A stretch of DNA of 63,824 nt, the filler included, from Sphacelaria rigidula (Eukaryota): NCBI GenBank assembly GCA_964200075.2. It is 9 parts of 9 records of this genome, joined end to end, with 100 filler letters (N's around TTAATTAATTAA, not from the genome) between each part and the next. Parts side by side here need not be neighbours in the genome. Positions count along the whole stretch, not along the records: positions 1 to 7,003 come from CAXNAA020017002.1; positions 7,104 to 14,106 come from CAXNAA020017003.1; 7 more parts are not named here. One strand, 5' to 3'. This document shows positions 1-11,993 of the stretch, in pieces. The notes beneath the pieces are model-generated. The model did not search any database, had not been told where the DNA came from, and saw only the letters and a list, made by a program, of their open reading frames with translations. A program made the position numbers and the translations under genes. Every line of letters starts with the position of its first letter. Positions within the stretch are counted from its first letter, which is position 1.

Positions 1-1190
1 CAATCAATAGCACCATCCTCAACATAGATGATTGGCTGTTAAATTGAAATGCGGGAAGCACATACATTTTGTTTTTGGCGCAGGAATTGTTCGAACGATA
101 GAGACGCGGTTGCACAGACAGGGCACATCTCGATCACAGCTCGTCGCGCATCGATGTCCTCTGCACTTCTGTGCACAAAAAGTCGGCACCATCTCTTATG
201 TTTACAAACTTCACACGCCACACCTTTTCAAGTCTTTTACCACCCGAGGTATGCTAGCCCCGTCCCGGAAAAATACTGTGTGCGGTGAAGAGCGATGACA
301 CTTTGACTGTTTCATACCCGTGTCTTGAGCCGCCGATGAAGAAGTTCGAACGTGTATACGGTAGCGTAGCAGCAGTATTGACGGCAGAGCAAAAGCACCG
401 TTGAGATGATACGACATGCGTGCGAGATGCACACTCAAGGTGTATCAGCCCTGCCCGAGAAGTTCCAGAACAGCAGCATGAGCGCGTGTAGGGAGAAAGG
501 GTCTTCGTTGTTTTCATGTATTGCAGCGGTGGCGGCTACCAGCGTGCGCCGCTTGCAAACTATGAAAGCATGTACCCACGGAAACTGGGAATGCTCAGCA
601 AAGACGTACAACATATGTACCGGCTTCACGCACTTGACTCGTGGCTCAAAACCTGTAAGGGGTTGTCTGGGACTGTTGTCCACATGTAGTCGAAATCCAC
701 ATCTTCATGAGAAGATGTGTTCTGTCTAGTAAACAGAACAGTTACTCTGAACATAGGATGCGTCGTAGCCTACGTGTGTCCATCCGCGAGGGGGCTGCAA
801 TGAGGGGGTTCACGATCTTGAGTGGCCCTATGGTTGCACAGCTCACTACTGCTATATACTTCGGCTCGTTCGAAACGATTCTGATCGTTCCGCGGACAAC
901 CGTACTGTTAGGCCGTGTCTTATCAGTTTTTCTCCCACTCAAAAATATGCGGTTGAATAGAATTGGTCGTATTCAGCTCGTATCTGATACGTCCACGGCA
1001 TTTATGTTATGAAATGGCTTCATGTCCATTCATAATTATTCGGGTGCGACGGGCAGAGTGGGAAACAGAAAAGCTTAGCTTTTTCCGTTGGAAACACGCC
1101 ACGGACACGAACGAACGGGAACATGACTTCTACGCTGCAGACAACCATGCTAGATACCACCCTTTCGCAAAATGATGCAAATCCTACATA

Positions 1191-2405
1191 CGAGCTGGGC
1201 CAGCCTAAAAACCGATTTGATCTCTCAAATCGATATCTCAACGACACAGACGAGTTGGGCCGTGATCCTCATATCGTATCAATCGTCTAATAAAGGGAAA
1301 GATGTCCATCTGCCCAAAAATCTGGACCAACGTTTCCTCGTTGATTAAACCCCATGTCTAGTAATTTCTATACCTAGCGGAGGTAGCGTTCACACTAGAA
1401 TCTATATGGAACCCCGAACGATCGATTGAGTGGATGATGACGATTTTTGGTGCGGACCTTCCCTGGAGCACGGGGAGACGATATATACCCTCACCTTCAC
1501 CAAATCTGTTATCTATCTCGAGATACGGCGGACATGAGCTTCGATACTAGAATCAATATACCACGAGCAGAGGCACTAGATGACCTCAATCTGGATATCG
1601 CGTCTCAGTTTTCGAGAGTTGTGCTATGAACTTTGGTATGGAGATCCGCTAGTGCATAATGAAATAAAAAACCAGCTTTGCCGGATTTTTTCGTCTCTTT
1701 TTTTAAATCTTTTTTTCGTGTTTTTAGGGGAGTTTTGAGGAGAAAGTAACATTGCTCTTGGGCCTTATCTCAATTTTTTCAGCTTAATTTTTAGAATGGT
1801 GATCTAAACGTGGCATGGAGAACGACATATGTACGCTGAGTAAAATAATAAATGGCCTTTATTTTTAAAAAAATGAGAGGTTCGGGCGTTCTCGTCAAAA
1901 AATGGTCGTCACCATAATACTAAAACGCCCTCAATCATTGAAGAATAAAAATACAAACCAACTTCCTATTTTTCTTGGTTCATCATGACCTAGCGAGGTC
2001 CCGCACAAAGTTTCAACCCACAAACACCGAACGTGGGACGATAAACGGCCTGCAAATACTGTTCCGAACTGCCGCCGGCCAGGTTTTTTCAAAGGTAAAT
2101 TCGCAATTTATTTCTTGGAGTTGGACAGTGAAATTTGGTATGGACAATCAACAGGGCATGAAGAAAAGCTGTCGTGAGGTCCCGAAGTTTCTATTGTCTT
2201 CCATGAGTGAAGGGCAATAATCAGTTTTGAGGTTTTAGTAAAATGCCCTTAACTCATGGAAGAAAGAAAAAACCTTCGAGACCTCACAGACAGCTTTTCT
2301 TCATACCCTGTTGATTATCCCTACCAATTTTCACTTTCCAACTCCAAGAAAAAAATGCGAATTCACCTGCAAAGTACAAATCCGCTTGTAGGCTGGCCCA
2401 CCCTG
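1191..2405. mobile_element. Non-autonomous TIR DNA transposon (TA-flanked, Tc1/mariner-like ends)
   Basis: Left end TA|CGAGCTGGGCCAGCCTA and right end TAGGCTGGCCCACCCTG|TA are imperfect inverted repeats. A homologous copy on another contig starts TA|CAGGCTGGGCCAGCCTA at 55153. Confidence 0.75.
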
Positions 2406-2939
2406 TAGTCCATTCGCAGCTACCAACTCGACCCTGCAGCATGGATCACGAGCTGAGCACAGGGATACGTACACTGCAGTGATCGAGAACCAATACCACC
2501 ACCATCTTGGCAGGATGTGTTTATCTTCTGTTGGCTAAGACTTGAAAATGTAATGTTTTTGCGAGGTCCACCGACGGAGTTGCATGTTGAGGTGGGCTAT
2601 CGAAATGCGAACACGCTCATGGACAGTAGACGTAGTACAAAACTGCACGCGGTTCAAATCGCCTTGACTTCCTCCTGTGTTCGGAGGACAGACGGCATGT
2701 CACGTTGCCAGGTTCTTTTCCACATCGCGCCTACATGCTGTCGAAACGCACACACTGTGCAGGCAGTACAGGCAGCACGATACCGTCTGTATTGAACTCG
2801 AGTACACGATAGTTCCGCTTCACGAATTTCGCCTACCTTTTTCGATCAAAAGCGTATGAATTCGCTCAGACCCAAACCCAGGAAACCGAAATAAATCAAT
2901 CCCACCGAACGAACTCATTCGAGTTGGCATTATTTTCAA

Positions 2940-3150
2940 CAAGGCATGCCTTAGAATTTTGTTTTTCGATCGAAAATGTGCGGTGGGAGGGGGAAACTCC
3001 GGTCTGAAAGATCGTAATTTTCACTATTGCCGTTTATTTCGATGGTTATGATCACGACTTATCAGATCGGGAGTTGTTTTTTTCCGCATCACTTTTCCGA
3101 TCGAAAAATGATGTGCTACAGCATGGCCCAAGAGGCGGCCTTGACTATGC
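2940..3150. mobile_element. Palindromic (foldback) MITE of about 210 bp. Other copies at ~33686-33893 and ~34980-35137
   Basis: TTTTTCGATCGAAAA...GCGGTGG arm and its reverse complement surround a short centre. The same sequence occurs on two contigs. Confidence 0.75.
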
Positions 3151-3647
3151 CAATCGGGGCGCCAAGAGTGAGTAGGCTGTTCGAGGATACCATGACGACC
3201 ACAGACAAGAAATCCTTTCTTTCTTTCTTTTTTTCCTGTGACGCTTCGCCCGAGTGCACTTGGTTTTGGGGGCCAATCTCTTGACGGGCGCCTCGCGCGT
3301 GCAGGTGACGCCGTCCCTGGTCAAACCCTACATATTCTTGCTCACTATCCACACCCACCCTGTAGCCGTGGCCTTTTCGCAGTGCTTTAAGCGTGTACAC
3401 TCTGGAGCCGGATCAAACATATGTTATCTTCCGACTGGCTGGTCTAAACGCGGGAGTTCCCTGAAATGGCCACTGCTGTATGATGCATTGGCGTTTGAAG
3501 TATCCAAAGCAACAATCAATGCTCGAATCGCACACGCCATCGTGGAGAACCGCGCAGACGAAATCTACCCCTGGAATGGAGTCTCCCGAGCAACGCGTCG
3601 TTCCCAAAATATACAGGTCAAAAATAACCATTGGCGAAAGGGGTCTC

Positions 3648-3878
3648 GGAGGGAAACTGTAATGCGTGAGAGGACGGCGTGCTTAGAGGACCGCATCGGG
3701 ATGTGAACGCCCCTGTGGTTAGGGCTAGGGCTAGTGTTAGTGTTGGGGTTAGGGTCAGGGGCGTGGTACCTCCAGGGACTGACCCGATTGGTTTTGAAAA
3801 ATGTCGATCCTGAGGTATTTTGAACTACGGCGCAGTCCTCTAAGCACGCGGTCCTCTCACGCATTACAAAAACCTCGT
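3648..3878. mobile_element. MITE with ~34-bp TIRs enclosing degenerate telomeric (TTAGGG-like) repeats
   Basis: TGTAATGCGTGAGAGGACGGCGTGCTTAGAGGAC (3658-3691) is inverted at 3836-3869. The interior contains GGTTAGGGCTAGGGCTAGTGTTAGTGTTGGGGTTAGGG. Confidence 0.75.
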
Positions 3879-5142
3879 AGGAGGGGTCGACTTGGAGGAA
3901 CTTTTGTTCCGGTGCGTGCACACTTCTAAGTGCAATGAACTCTGATATATTCTGTTGAGAAGCGCCGCCGCTTGTGTCTACAGCCGCACAAAGAACCCAA
4001 GGCGAAGAACATCGCGTATTCTGGAACAGGCAACATTATGGGTACTGAAATATGGTCTTCTCTTGGTCAGTTGTATTGATTTTATCGGTACCGGTATATT
4101 CGCCGTACCGTCTCTGCGGCCTTCGTCCGGTACGTCGTGAGCTTTCATCTCTAGAATACACGGACAAGTGTCACTCATCCTAGGGTCGGCCATGCATGTA
4201 TGCTCTCCGCTTGAAAAATGAATGCAAAACACAGATAGCCTAGTGAGGGGTCAAAGGGTTCAAATTTGCAGCCGGTTGTAGGAACAGGTGACTGTCTGCA
4301 GAGATTTTGACTCAAAACATTATTAGAAGACGTCGATGGCCCACCCTGGCGATGAAGCGCCACTATAGAGCTGGCGTGAGGAAGCGGTGGCGCTCTGCAA
4401 AGGAGCCATCCGAAACGTGGTAACACCTATAGACGATGGGATGAATGCCGTGTGAGGCGGAGGGAAGATACCACTGTGCAAGTATCCCGCTGTACTAATA
4501 CTGTATTGTACTCTGCCGTACGCCGTAGTTTGGCTTTCTCTATTTTTACAGACGACGGCAACCCTTAGGATAGATCCTGAGTGTTTTATGGGCGTAATAT
4601 TGACTTCAAATCGAATGCAAGACCCAGATGACCCATCCAAGTGGCAGTCCAAGGCCTTGTCCCCCTGATCCGTGAGTAGCGTGGGAAATCTCATACGTTG
4701 CCGACCGCACTTGCGCTCTACAAACCACGTCGAAGTTGTTTCCCTCGCCAACCGTCCTCAGGGTAATGCTACGGAGAAATAGTGTAAACCAAAACCAGAC
4801 TTTAACCCCACCTATATGAAACATGCATCATGTATCGCAGCATGGTTTCGGAATACAGAGTGGTTCAGTGTGAAGCTCATAATTAACATCTTGTAACTGT
4901 CGTAGAAAAGCCCCGAGCATCCCCACATTTATTTGACAATTTGGTAGCTGTGTGTGATGTAAGTGCGAGGCAATCATTGCGGAATATACACCTGAAGTTC
5001 ATCAGCCCGCTACTGGCTTTCGGGGTCCCAGCTTGAAGACCCCCAGAAGCTGGTACAGATTGCCTCGGGTAGAAAATTCAAGTTTTACTAGTCCCGAGGT
5101 AGTCTGAGGAATGTGCGAAATGATGTTACTCAACTAACTGCG

Positions 5143-5492
5143 TGCTGTCGTCGCATCTATTCTGGCCGCCGGTCCACACCTTCCGGTCTATGTGAGCACA
5201 CCAGCCGGGGTCACACAGGAGGAAGGTCAACACAGGAGCTTGTTTTATTTTTATTCGCTCTTAGTACCCCACCTTCCCCCTGCGGTGCTTGCCTTTATTT
5301 ACATCGCGACAGGGGTTCAGCAGTCCATTCCCCTCGTCGACCGTTAAATCGAATTTTGTGTACGCACGACATAGTCGCTCTCCACTGTCGGGTATGGTGT
5401 GAAAAAAAAGCCCAGATCACTCCGAGATTTAAACCCACGACCCAACCGTCAGAAGGTTTCGAGATTACCAACTGAGCCACCGGGGCGACCAG
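5143..5492 (-). mobile_element. tRNA-derived SINE family 1
   Basis: Head GGTCGCCCCGGTGGCTCAGTTGG (A box)...GGTTTAAATC (B-box-like), followed by a conserved ~270-bp body shared with at least 8 other copies in the window. Confidence 0.8.
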
Positions 5493-5759
5493 CTCCAAAC
5501 TCTGTCACAGAATAGCTGATCCGAAATGGTATATCGGCGCCGAAATGAAAAGCTCTGTATAAATGAGGTTTTTCGATTTTTTTATCGCCGCAATCAGAGA
5601 CCCCGGATGTGGCGAAAAGCTATATCCAAAACCCAAAGAGGGTATCCGGCAAAAGGGATACACACACCCCATTGGCACAGCCTCTGCGTTATCCCAGGGC
5701 ACCTGTGAGCAAAGTTTTGATCGTTCGCCCTCAGTCAGCCTACATACCAAGTTTATATT

Positions 5760-6125
5760 TCTGTAAGGTAGGTTTCTCGGTTGCACAGTGCATTTACCCT
5801 GGTATGTTTCGTACTCGACAGGCTCTATGAGTTCTGCAAGCTTCCCATACCCGTATCTTACAGTTCTGAACGTTTTCAGCGCCTCCCACACCGGTACCTG
5901 ACGCTTGTATACGATTCGTGAAACATGTTCACCCTCACCTGCGTGCGGGCATTTACCGTCGTGAATATACCCGATTTCGGGTAAGAGTTTCCGTGTAATA
6001 TCTATACCGTACCCGACAGGTTCTGTGAGATCTTCAAGACCTTCATACCCTACCGAACATATCCGTACATCACAAAAAACAATCTTGTGATATCGTGCGA
6101 TGCTGTCAATTTCATACCATATGTG
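5760..6125. repeat. Degenerate internally repetitive element (ACCCG/TACC/AGTTCTG-type subunits)
   Basis: Recurrent GTACC/TACCCG/GTTCTG motifs. The 5505-6176 ORF translates to repeat-like peptides (LTEPVGYG, YGYGKLAELIEP). Confidence 0.45.
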
Positions 6126-7003
6126 AAATATTTTGGCCCGAGTCCGACGATCGTTCTCGACGGTATTCATGTACAACCCTGTTCATCGTCTGGTGTACCG
6201 GTTTGTTTGAAACAGGCAACAATTTGTGCCTGGAAGCATTCACCATCGCGCTAAACAAGGCTTCATCGGAGCGAGGGTCGTACCTTCCCACGAGGCGCTT
6301 ACAGCTGGCGTCACTGAAGTTTTGCGTAGCTTGTCGCGGCGTCAGCACCCTCCGCGTGAGGTTTGACGAGTTCACACTGCGAAGGCTGTGGGCGGCTCCG
6401 ACCGAGCAGCTATCAACTCCGATGAAGAGTGGCCCTGATGAGAGCAGGGTGCCCGTGCTGCAAGCACGCGAAGTTGTGTGGACAGCATGTGCAAATGTCG
6501 AGCTGATGTCTCGGGAGACCAACGTTTTGGCCATTTTGTTTTTTCCCTTGATGGAAGGAGGAAACCCAACCCAACACTTTCCCCGCTGGCCATCGCAAAC
6601 GATCGCGAGCGAGTTCTAGTGCCGATTACCCGAAGGCTCAGCTAGACCGCCTTGCGACGATCATGTGGGGAAGGCGCCTCGAGCGGTGGCTCAAGGTAGT
6701 GTGGGGGATGCTCCCACTAAAACCCCATATCAACTTGGCGCAGTACACGCGCCGCCCTGCTCTCGAGAGCTTCGGCCCTAGAACGTTTTGGCCAATGTTC
6801 AGATCGATGAAGTGGTGACTGGCCGGTGTATCAAAGACCGTCGCATAGTCTGCTCTCACAGATCTCTTGCATTTCGTGCTCATTGTACTACCGGCGGCGA
6901 GACAACACGAAAGAATACCGTCAATCAACAGAGTAGTTAAACAACGGCGCTGTACAGATTTCGTCTCTGTGAGCTACCTTCATTTGTCCGAAATATGACA
7001 CAC

Positions 7004-7103
7004 NNNNNNNNNNNNNNNNNNNNNNNNNNNNNNNNNNNNNNNNNNNNTTAATTAATTAANNNNNNNNNNNNNNNNNNNNNNNNNNNNNNNNNNNNNNNNN
7101 NNN
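7004..7103. other. Artificial contig linker (44 N + TTAATTAATTAA + 44 N). Identical copies at 14107-14206, 21210-21309, 28313-28412, 35416-35515, 42519-42618, 49621-49720, 56723-56822
   Basis: The same 100-bp structure, with a six-frame stop core, recurs every 7102-7103 bp. The intervening contigs are 7003 bp (x6) then 7002 bp (x3). Confidence 0.98.
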
Positions 7104-7343
7104 TTTGGTTTTTTGTGTTGTGTATTTTTTTTTGTTTGTGTTGTGGGTCCTGGGTGTGAGTTGTAAAACAACAACCATGAGTAGTAAGTATTCACCATCG
7201 CCACCAACAGAGCGGTGGTCGTCGAGGGGCTCGTTTCAACGGTAGTGATGGTTATGTAACTTCGGACAGGCGATATCTGAAGCGCACTGGAAAAAAAGGA
7301 ACGGGTCAAGAGCGATTGCGGCCTCTTCTTCGCACGCGCGTAC

Positions 7344-8030
7344 CTTCTCCTCGTCACCCTCATCACCCCCATCAGGCACAGCGATCGTAGCGTCAGCGGC
7401 AGGTGCAGCATCAACAACACCGCCGTCTTCCGGCTGCGCAACCAGTGGCTGCTGCAGCGAACTCGCTACCTTGTCACCTACGATGGAGTTAGCGGTCTCT
7501 TCCGCCCCCTCCGACCCCGCCCCGGGCGTCTTTGCTTCGACTAGCCATGGATTCCCTTCACCTACATCGGGTTCGGCCGCCGTTGCGCCAGCAGGGGTTG
7601 AGGCATCGACAGCCGGGACCAGCGGAGACGTAGCCTCGGACATGTTCGTGTCGAGTGTTTCAAGTTGGATTTCCTCGCCGCAACAGCCACCTTCACCTTC
7701 CGCCGCAACAGCAACCTTCTCGTCCAGCGCTTGTGCTCTCGCAGCCGCAGCAGAAGTCGATACATCATCGACGGGCGGGACTGATGTCGAATCGGACGGC
7801 ACCGCCGTGGCAATGGGCTCGAGTTCCGAATGACAAGCATCGGTAATGCTGACAGCGTCACCGGCAGGGGCAGGGGTAAGTGATGTGGTCCTAGCCGGGT
7901 CGGTGGTAGTGCTGACGGCCGCTGGTGCGGCTTGAGTCTCTGCCGGCTTCGCGACTGCTGTGGTGGTTTCCTGGGGAGGGCCGAACGAAGCGTCCGATTC
8001 CACGCCAATCTTTCCAGCCTCCGTGTGTGC
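7344..8030 (-). CDS. Exon of PX-domain protein gene: Ala/Glu/Thr/Pro-rich disordered region (phase 0/0, 229 codons). The gene probably continues beyond the contig end
   Basis: Acceptor ctcacag|GCA at 8030 and donor AAG|GTACGC at 7344. It lies within the open 7236-8105 frame and is phase-compatible with exon 8440-8622. Confidence 0.75.
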
Positions 8031-8439
8031 CTGTGAGGCAAAGCAAAGCAAGGCAAAGCAAGGCAAGGCGAACGTGCACGACAGGAGAAGAAGACAGCTC
8101 GACATTCGAGGAAACAGACATCAACCCACGCTTGGCGCAAGTATTTCCAAAAATAAAAACAAATGTTGGATTAAGAAGACATACCCTCGCTTCTTCGATC
8201 CTCGTCGAACACATACGGCATTGCTCCCGCCACGCAACGGCGCTATCTCTCCGCTACTCCGAATGAAATCCAACGGCTTACGCTAACTTCCGACACCAAA
8301 ACCTCAGCCACATGACGAGGTTTTATATTTGTTCGCACACGCAAGACGCACCGATTCCCCTGCTTAAACGGTGCTACAAAAAATACAGCAGAGTGTGGTC
8401 TGGGAACGGTAGACAGAATTTCCGGATTGTCAGCATCAC

Positions 8440-8622
8440 CTCGTGTGCGCCGATGTCAGCATAACCACAAGCCTTCTCCACTTTATCCTCCTCCGCGCAC
8501 AGCACCCTAGTCACTGTCGGGGAGTTCCAGGAAGTCTCCAGTTGGCTAAGGGCGATGAGGTAGTCCTGCAAGCCGCGCCGTCTGTCTTCGAGCTCGCTTG
8601 CAACCATTGCCGCGCACGGAAC
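8440..8622 (-). CDS. Exon of PX-domain protein gene (C-terminal part of the PX domain)
   Basis: ttgcag|GTT...GAG|GTGATG, 61 codons. ELEDRRRGLQDYLIALSQ...WNSPTVTRVL matches the PX pattern ExRRxxLqxYL. Confidence 0.8.
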
Positions 8623-10090
8623 CTGCAACTACTCACCAAAATTTTCGTTTTCGCCGGTGTGGTCCGTCCCGTTCATTTGCATGGTGATATATGGTAATAG
8701 ACGTACCAGGCGCACGTAGAAAACGCCAGAAAATCGTTGCCAGGAGCACCAATTCGGGAACACGGGAACACGACGTGGTTTACGTGAGAAAACATGGCTG
8801 AGAGAACAGGTAACACGACGGCGGGGGGAAGGCTGCGGTCAGTAGTGGACTACAGCGCGTCGTCACACCGTCACTGGAGCTGTGGACACCAAGGGTGCCA
8901 GATAATACTGGTACAAGACGGCAGCATGGGCAACCGTTATCGCGGCCGGCCGGAGGGAAAATACTGTACTACGCAGTCAACAGCAAGCACAATATGCATG
9001 ATGGCTTGTGTGTGTTGGACTTTTACCAGCATAACGCATTTTGTTTGGTTGATAACCAGGACTATACTACGTAGTGCTAGTTTCCAACCGAAATAGGGGA
9101 TTTTTGTAATTTCTTTACAGTGTAGTCGACGATTTTCAATAATCGCTCATACCAGTGAACGCTTGATATGCCAAGTTTGGATATGGGAAGATTCTAGGCA
9201 TCCGCTCCACATTCCGAACGAAAATCATCTCTACGCTCAATAATAAACGACTTTCGGACTGAATTAACGGTGTTATCGACCGTTTTTGGTCCAGAACACA
9301 TTCTCTTTTCGGCACCAGCGCAATGATTACGTAAGAAACAAACAACAGGGACTGTAATTTTTTTCATGAGAGCGATCGGAATTGGTTCACCGCTACCCTG
9401 TGTTACGCAGATCTCACTTGGGCGATTTTCGTTTCCAGGTAATCTTCTGAATTTTATCGTGAAGTATTTTTGCGTAGTACTCCAAAGTCCTAGCGTCGAT
9501 AGATATTGGGAAAAGAAGCAGGTGGTGTTCAGGACTAAATCCTCAATTGGTGGTGTCGAGGTGATGCAGAGTAAGTACCTCGTTCATCAGGGGGTGTTAT
9601 CGACAGTCACTGGTCCAAAAAACACAGTTTTTGGGCTCTGGCGCAATCCATAGGTGAAACCTAGAAAACATTCGTTTTCATTTGTTCACGAGGACAATCG
9701 GGATTGCTGCAATTGAGCAAAAATACCCCAAGGGTCAGAACCTGGGGCTGGGTACTCGCAGGACCCCCGAAAACCGGTCAGCCCATAAGTCTTTCAACAT
9801 TGAGTGCAGGGATAATTTTGTTCGGAATATGAAGTGAGTGCCTAGTATCTCCCGATCCTCAAACTTTGGGATCGAACTTTCACTGGGATGAGCTGTGGCA
9901 CGCGAGAACACTATTGAAAATCGCCGACTACGGAAAAAGTACAAAACTTTCCTACTTCAGCTGAAAAACTGTAGAGCTGGCGTCACATAGAACTGCAACA
10001 GCACAACTACTGTATAAAAGTGGTCTGTAACATTACTGCACTAGGACGTCGGCTGCAACCAAGTACGGTATGGTGAGCTACGGTGCTCAC

Positions 10091-10208
10091 GAGTGGAATT
10101 TGCCATCGCTTCGGAGGAAACCTCTCGGACGGTAGCTCCGCCTTTTCCGACCGCAACGCCTCGGTCATCGCGTGTAGAGTGCGGTAGCGCTGCCGGACGC
10201 TCCATGTC
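10091..10208 (-). CDS. Exon of PX-domain protein gene (PX core)
   Basis: gtcag|G...CTC|GTGAGC, 118 bp. TWSVRQRYRTLHAM...LPSERFPPKRW shows the PX RRY-like and Pro-rich FPPK motifs. It ends in phase 0, matching the next exon. Confidence 0.8.
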
Positions 10209-11641
10209 CTGACACAACGTGGAAAGGGGAGACAATGGATAGGTACCTGAGGGATAATTATTTTCCCCGACTGGCGTTTCACTTCCATAATAGCGCACAA
10301 AGTGATCAACCATGGCCTGCACGTCTTCAGCACTTAGAAGGTGTTACACAGAGGACAAAGCCGGCACTCTCAGCTGGGTGTGGCGATTCTGTTCCAGGTC
10401 TTGAGTAAACTGAACATCGGGCATCGCTTCCGAATGTTTCTACCCTCATTTGAAGCTACTAAATCGTATGTCGTTTGACGTTAGAATGCAAAATGCACAC
10501 ACGAGGGTATACTATACAGTAGGGTGCATACCAGCTGTTTTGCGCTCTCGACCCAAAATTCACGCATCCGCAAGTGTTCACTTCAATTCGATGAGTTAGA
10601 CTCTGAAAATTTGCACACACATATAATATAGGGCATTTTAAAACTTTCCAGGAACGGGGATATTCGACATTTTTTTTCTTCGCGTTTTGTCAGGGGTAGC
10701 ATCCCACGCTCCTCAGGAGTAACATCCCATTCTTGGACCTCCGAAATCCAGCGGAAACCCCCCGACAAATGCCCTTCGTTACAACTTCCGAGATGGGAGA
10801 TGCCTCCTAGCATCTGTGTGTAATTTTTTGGAATCTTCGCAAAAAAATAGTGTGAGCATGTGGGCTTTTGTGCGATGAAGTGGGCTTGAAAGGTACAAGT
10901 TCCTAACTACTTCGTTGTAGTATCGAAACGCTTGACGTTGAAACGACCCCAGTGCATCAGTCAGTGCTTTGACCTACGCGACGACACTTCGTACCAATGC
11001 GTAATTTATTATTTTTTCTAATTATTAGGCATTCTGTACCCGTGTCCGGGGGGTCATCACGCGGAGATCCCCGGAAGCCGATCAAGAGCAGAGAAACTTC
11101 AAAATACCTTCAACATCTCATCTTTTCCCTTTGGAGCATCAAAACCTACCTAATTGCCAACTTTGATGGCAGTCAGAGCTTTCCTACGAGAGATATAAGG
11201 GAAAACGTCGGGACTTTTCTGGATCTTTGGTGCATATCACCAGTGGAAATCCGTCGACGTCAAAACCCTGTATCACCCAAACACCAAGGTTTTGTGTACG
11301 ATACGACCTCATGGAAGACGTTTTCAAATCTACTTTCCCGTTAAGTTCCCAAGCTGATAGCGATTCCTACAATGTGAAGCATGTGGAGATAAGTAGAAAT
11401 TGGGTAGAGAATTCGCATAATGAAAATCAGAACAATTTTAGGATCACTGATTGGTCAAGGTACGTTTTCGCCCTCAGCACTACCACTATGGTCTTGAGAA
11501 AAATTTAGCTATATCACCCTCTTCAGTTGTCCATAGTGGTCAGTATGATTTCATGCACGCTGCCGTTGGGTAGGTATTGTGGGGGGCTGTTGCTGACTGG
11601 TGAAGTTTGCGTCGAAAGCATGAACCAGCCTGTGCGAGTAA

Positions 11642-11993
11642 GTGTGTTGTTTTGTAATCCCGTGTATTCTGGACGCCGGTGTGTATGTGGGCGCACCAGC
11701 CGGGGTCACACAGGAGTAAGGCCAACACAGGAGTTTCTTCTTTATTGTTTGTTTTAGTTCTCCACCTTCCTTCTGCAGTGCTTGCCTTTTCTTTAATCGC
11801 GAGAGGGGTTCAGTAGTCCCTTTCCCTCGTCGACCGTCAAGTCGAATTTTGTGTACCCACGACATAGTCGCTCTCCACTGTTGGGTTTTGGGTGAGAAAA
11901 AATCCCAGATCGTGTGACTGCACCAAGCTTCGAACCCACGACCCAACCGTCAGAAGGTTTCGAGATTGTCACCTGAGCCACCGGGGCGACCGG
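11642..11993 (-). mobile_element. tRNA-derived SINE family 1
   Basis: Same head and body as 5143-5492. Confidence 0.8.

Larger units (their letters stand above)
40..6930 (-). pseudogene. Possible heavily decayed ZNFX1-like gene (SF1 helicase motif VI followed by NF-X1-like Cys repeats), broken by stops, frameshifts and TE insertions
   Basis: Minus-strand fragments in the expected order: LSRAGRRVYC (~6740-6775; cf. ALSRAKxGMYC), then W...VG...LDICTCCPH (~6480-6595), then Cys-rich pieces APKTKCTRAK (~3260), ACRRDVEKNLAT*HAV (~2710), QCTYPCAQL (~2465), VKCVKPVHML (~620) and APKTKCMLP (~70). Similarity is weak and judged by eye. Confidence 0.3.

Noticed and set aside
5400-5492. Functional tRNA genes at SINE heads (also 21606-21675 and others)
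   Set aside because: The stems are degenerate and every head is fused to the same repeat body, so these are SINEs.
5505-6176. 223-aa ORF as a host gene
   Set aside because: It runs through a degenerate repetitive element and has no recognisable domain.
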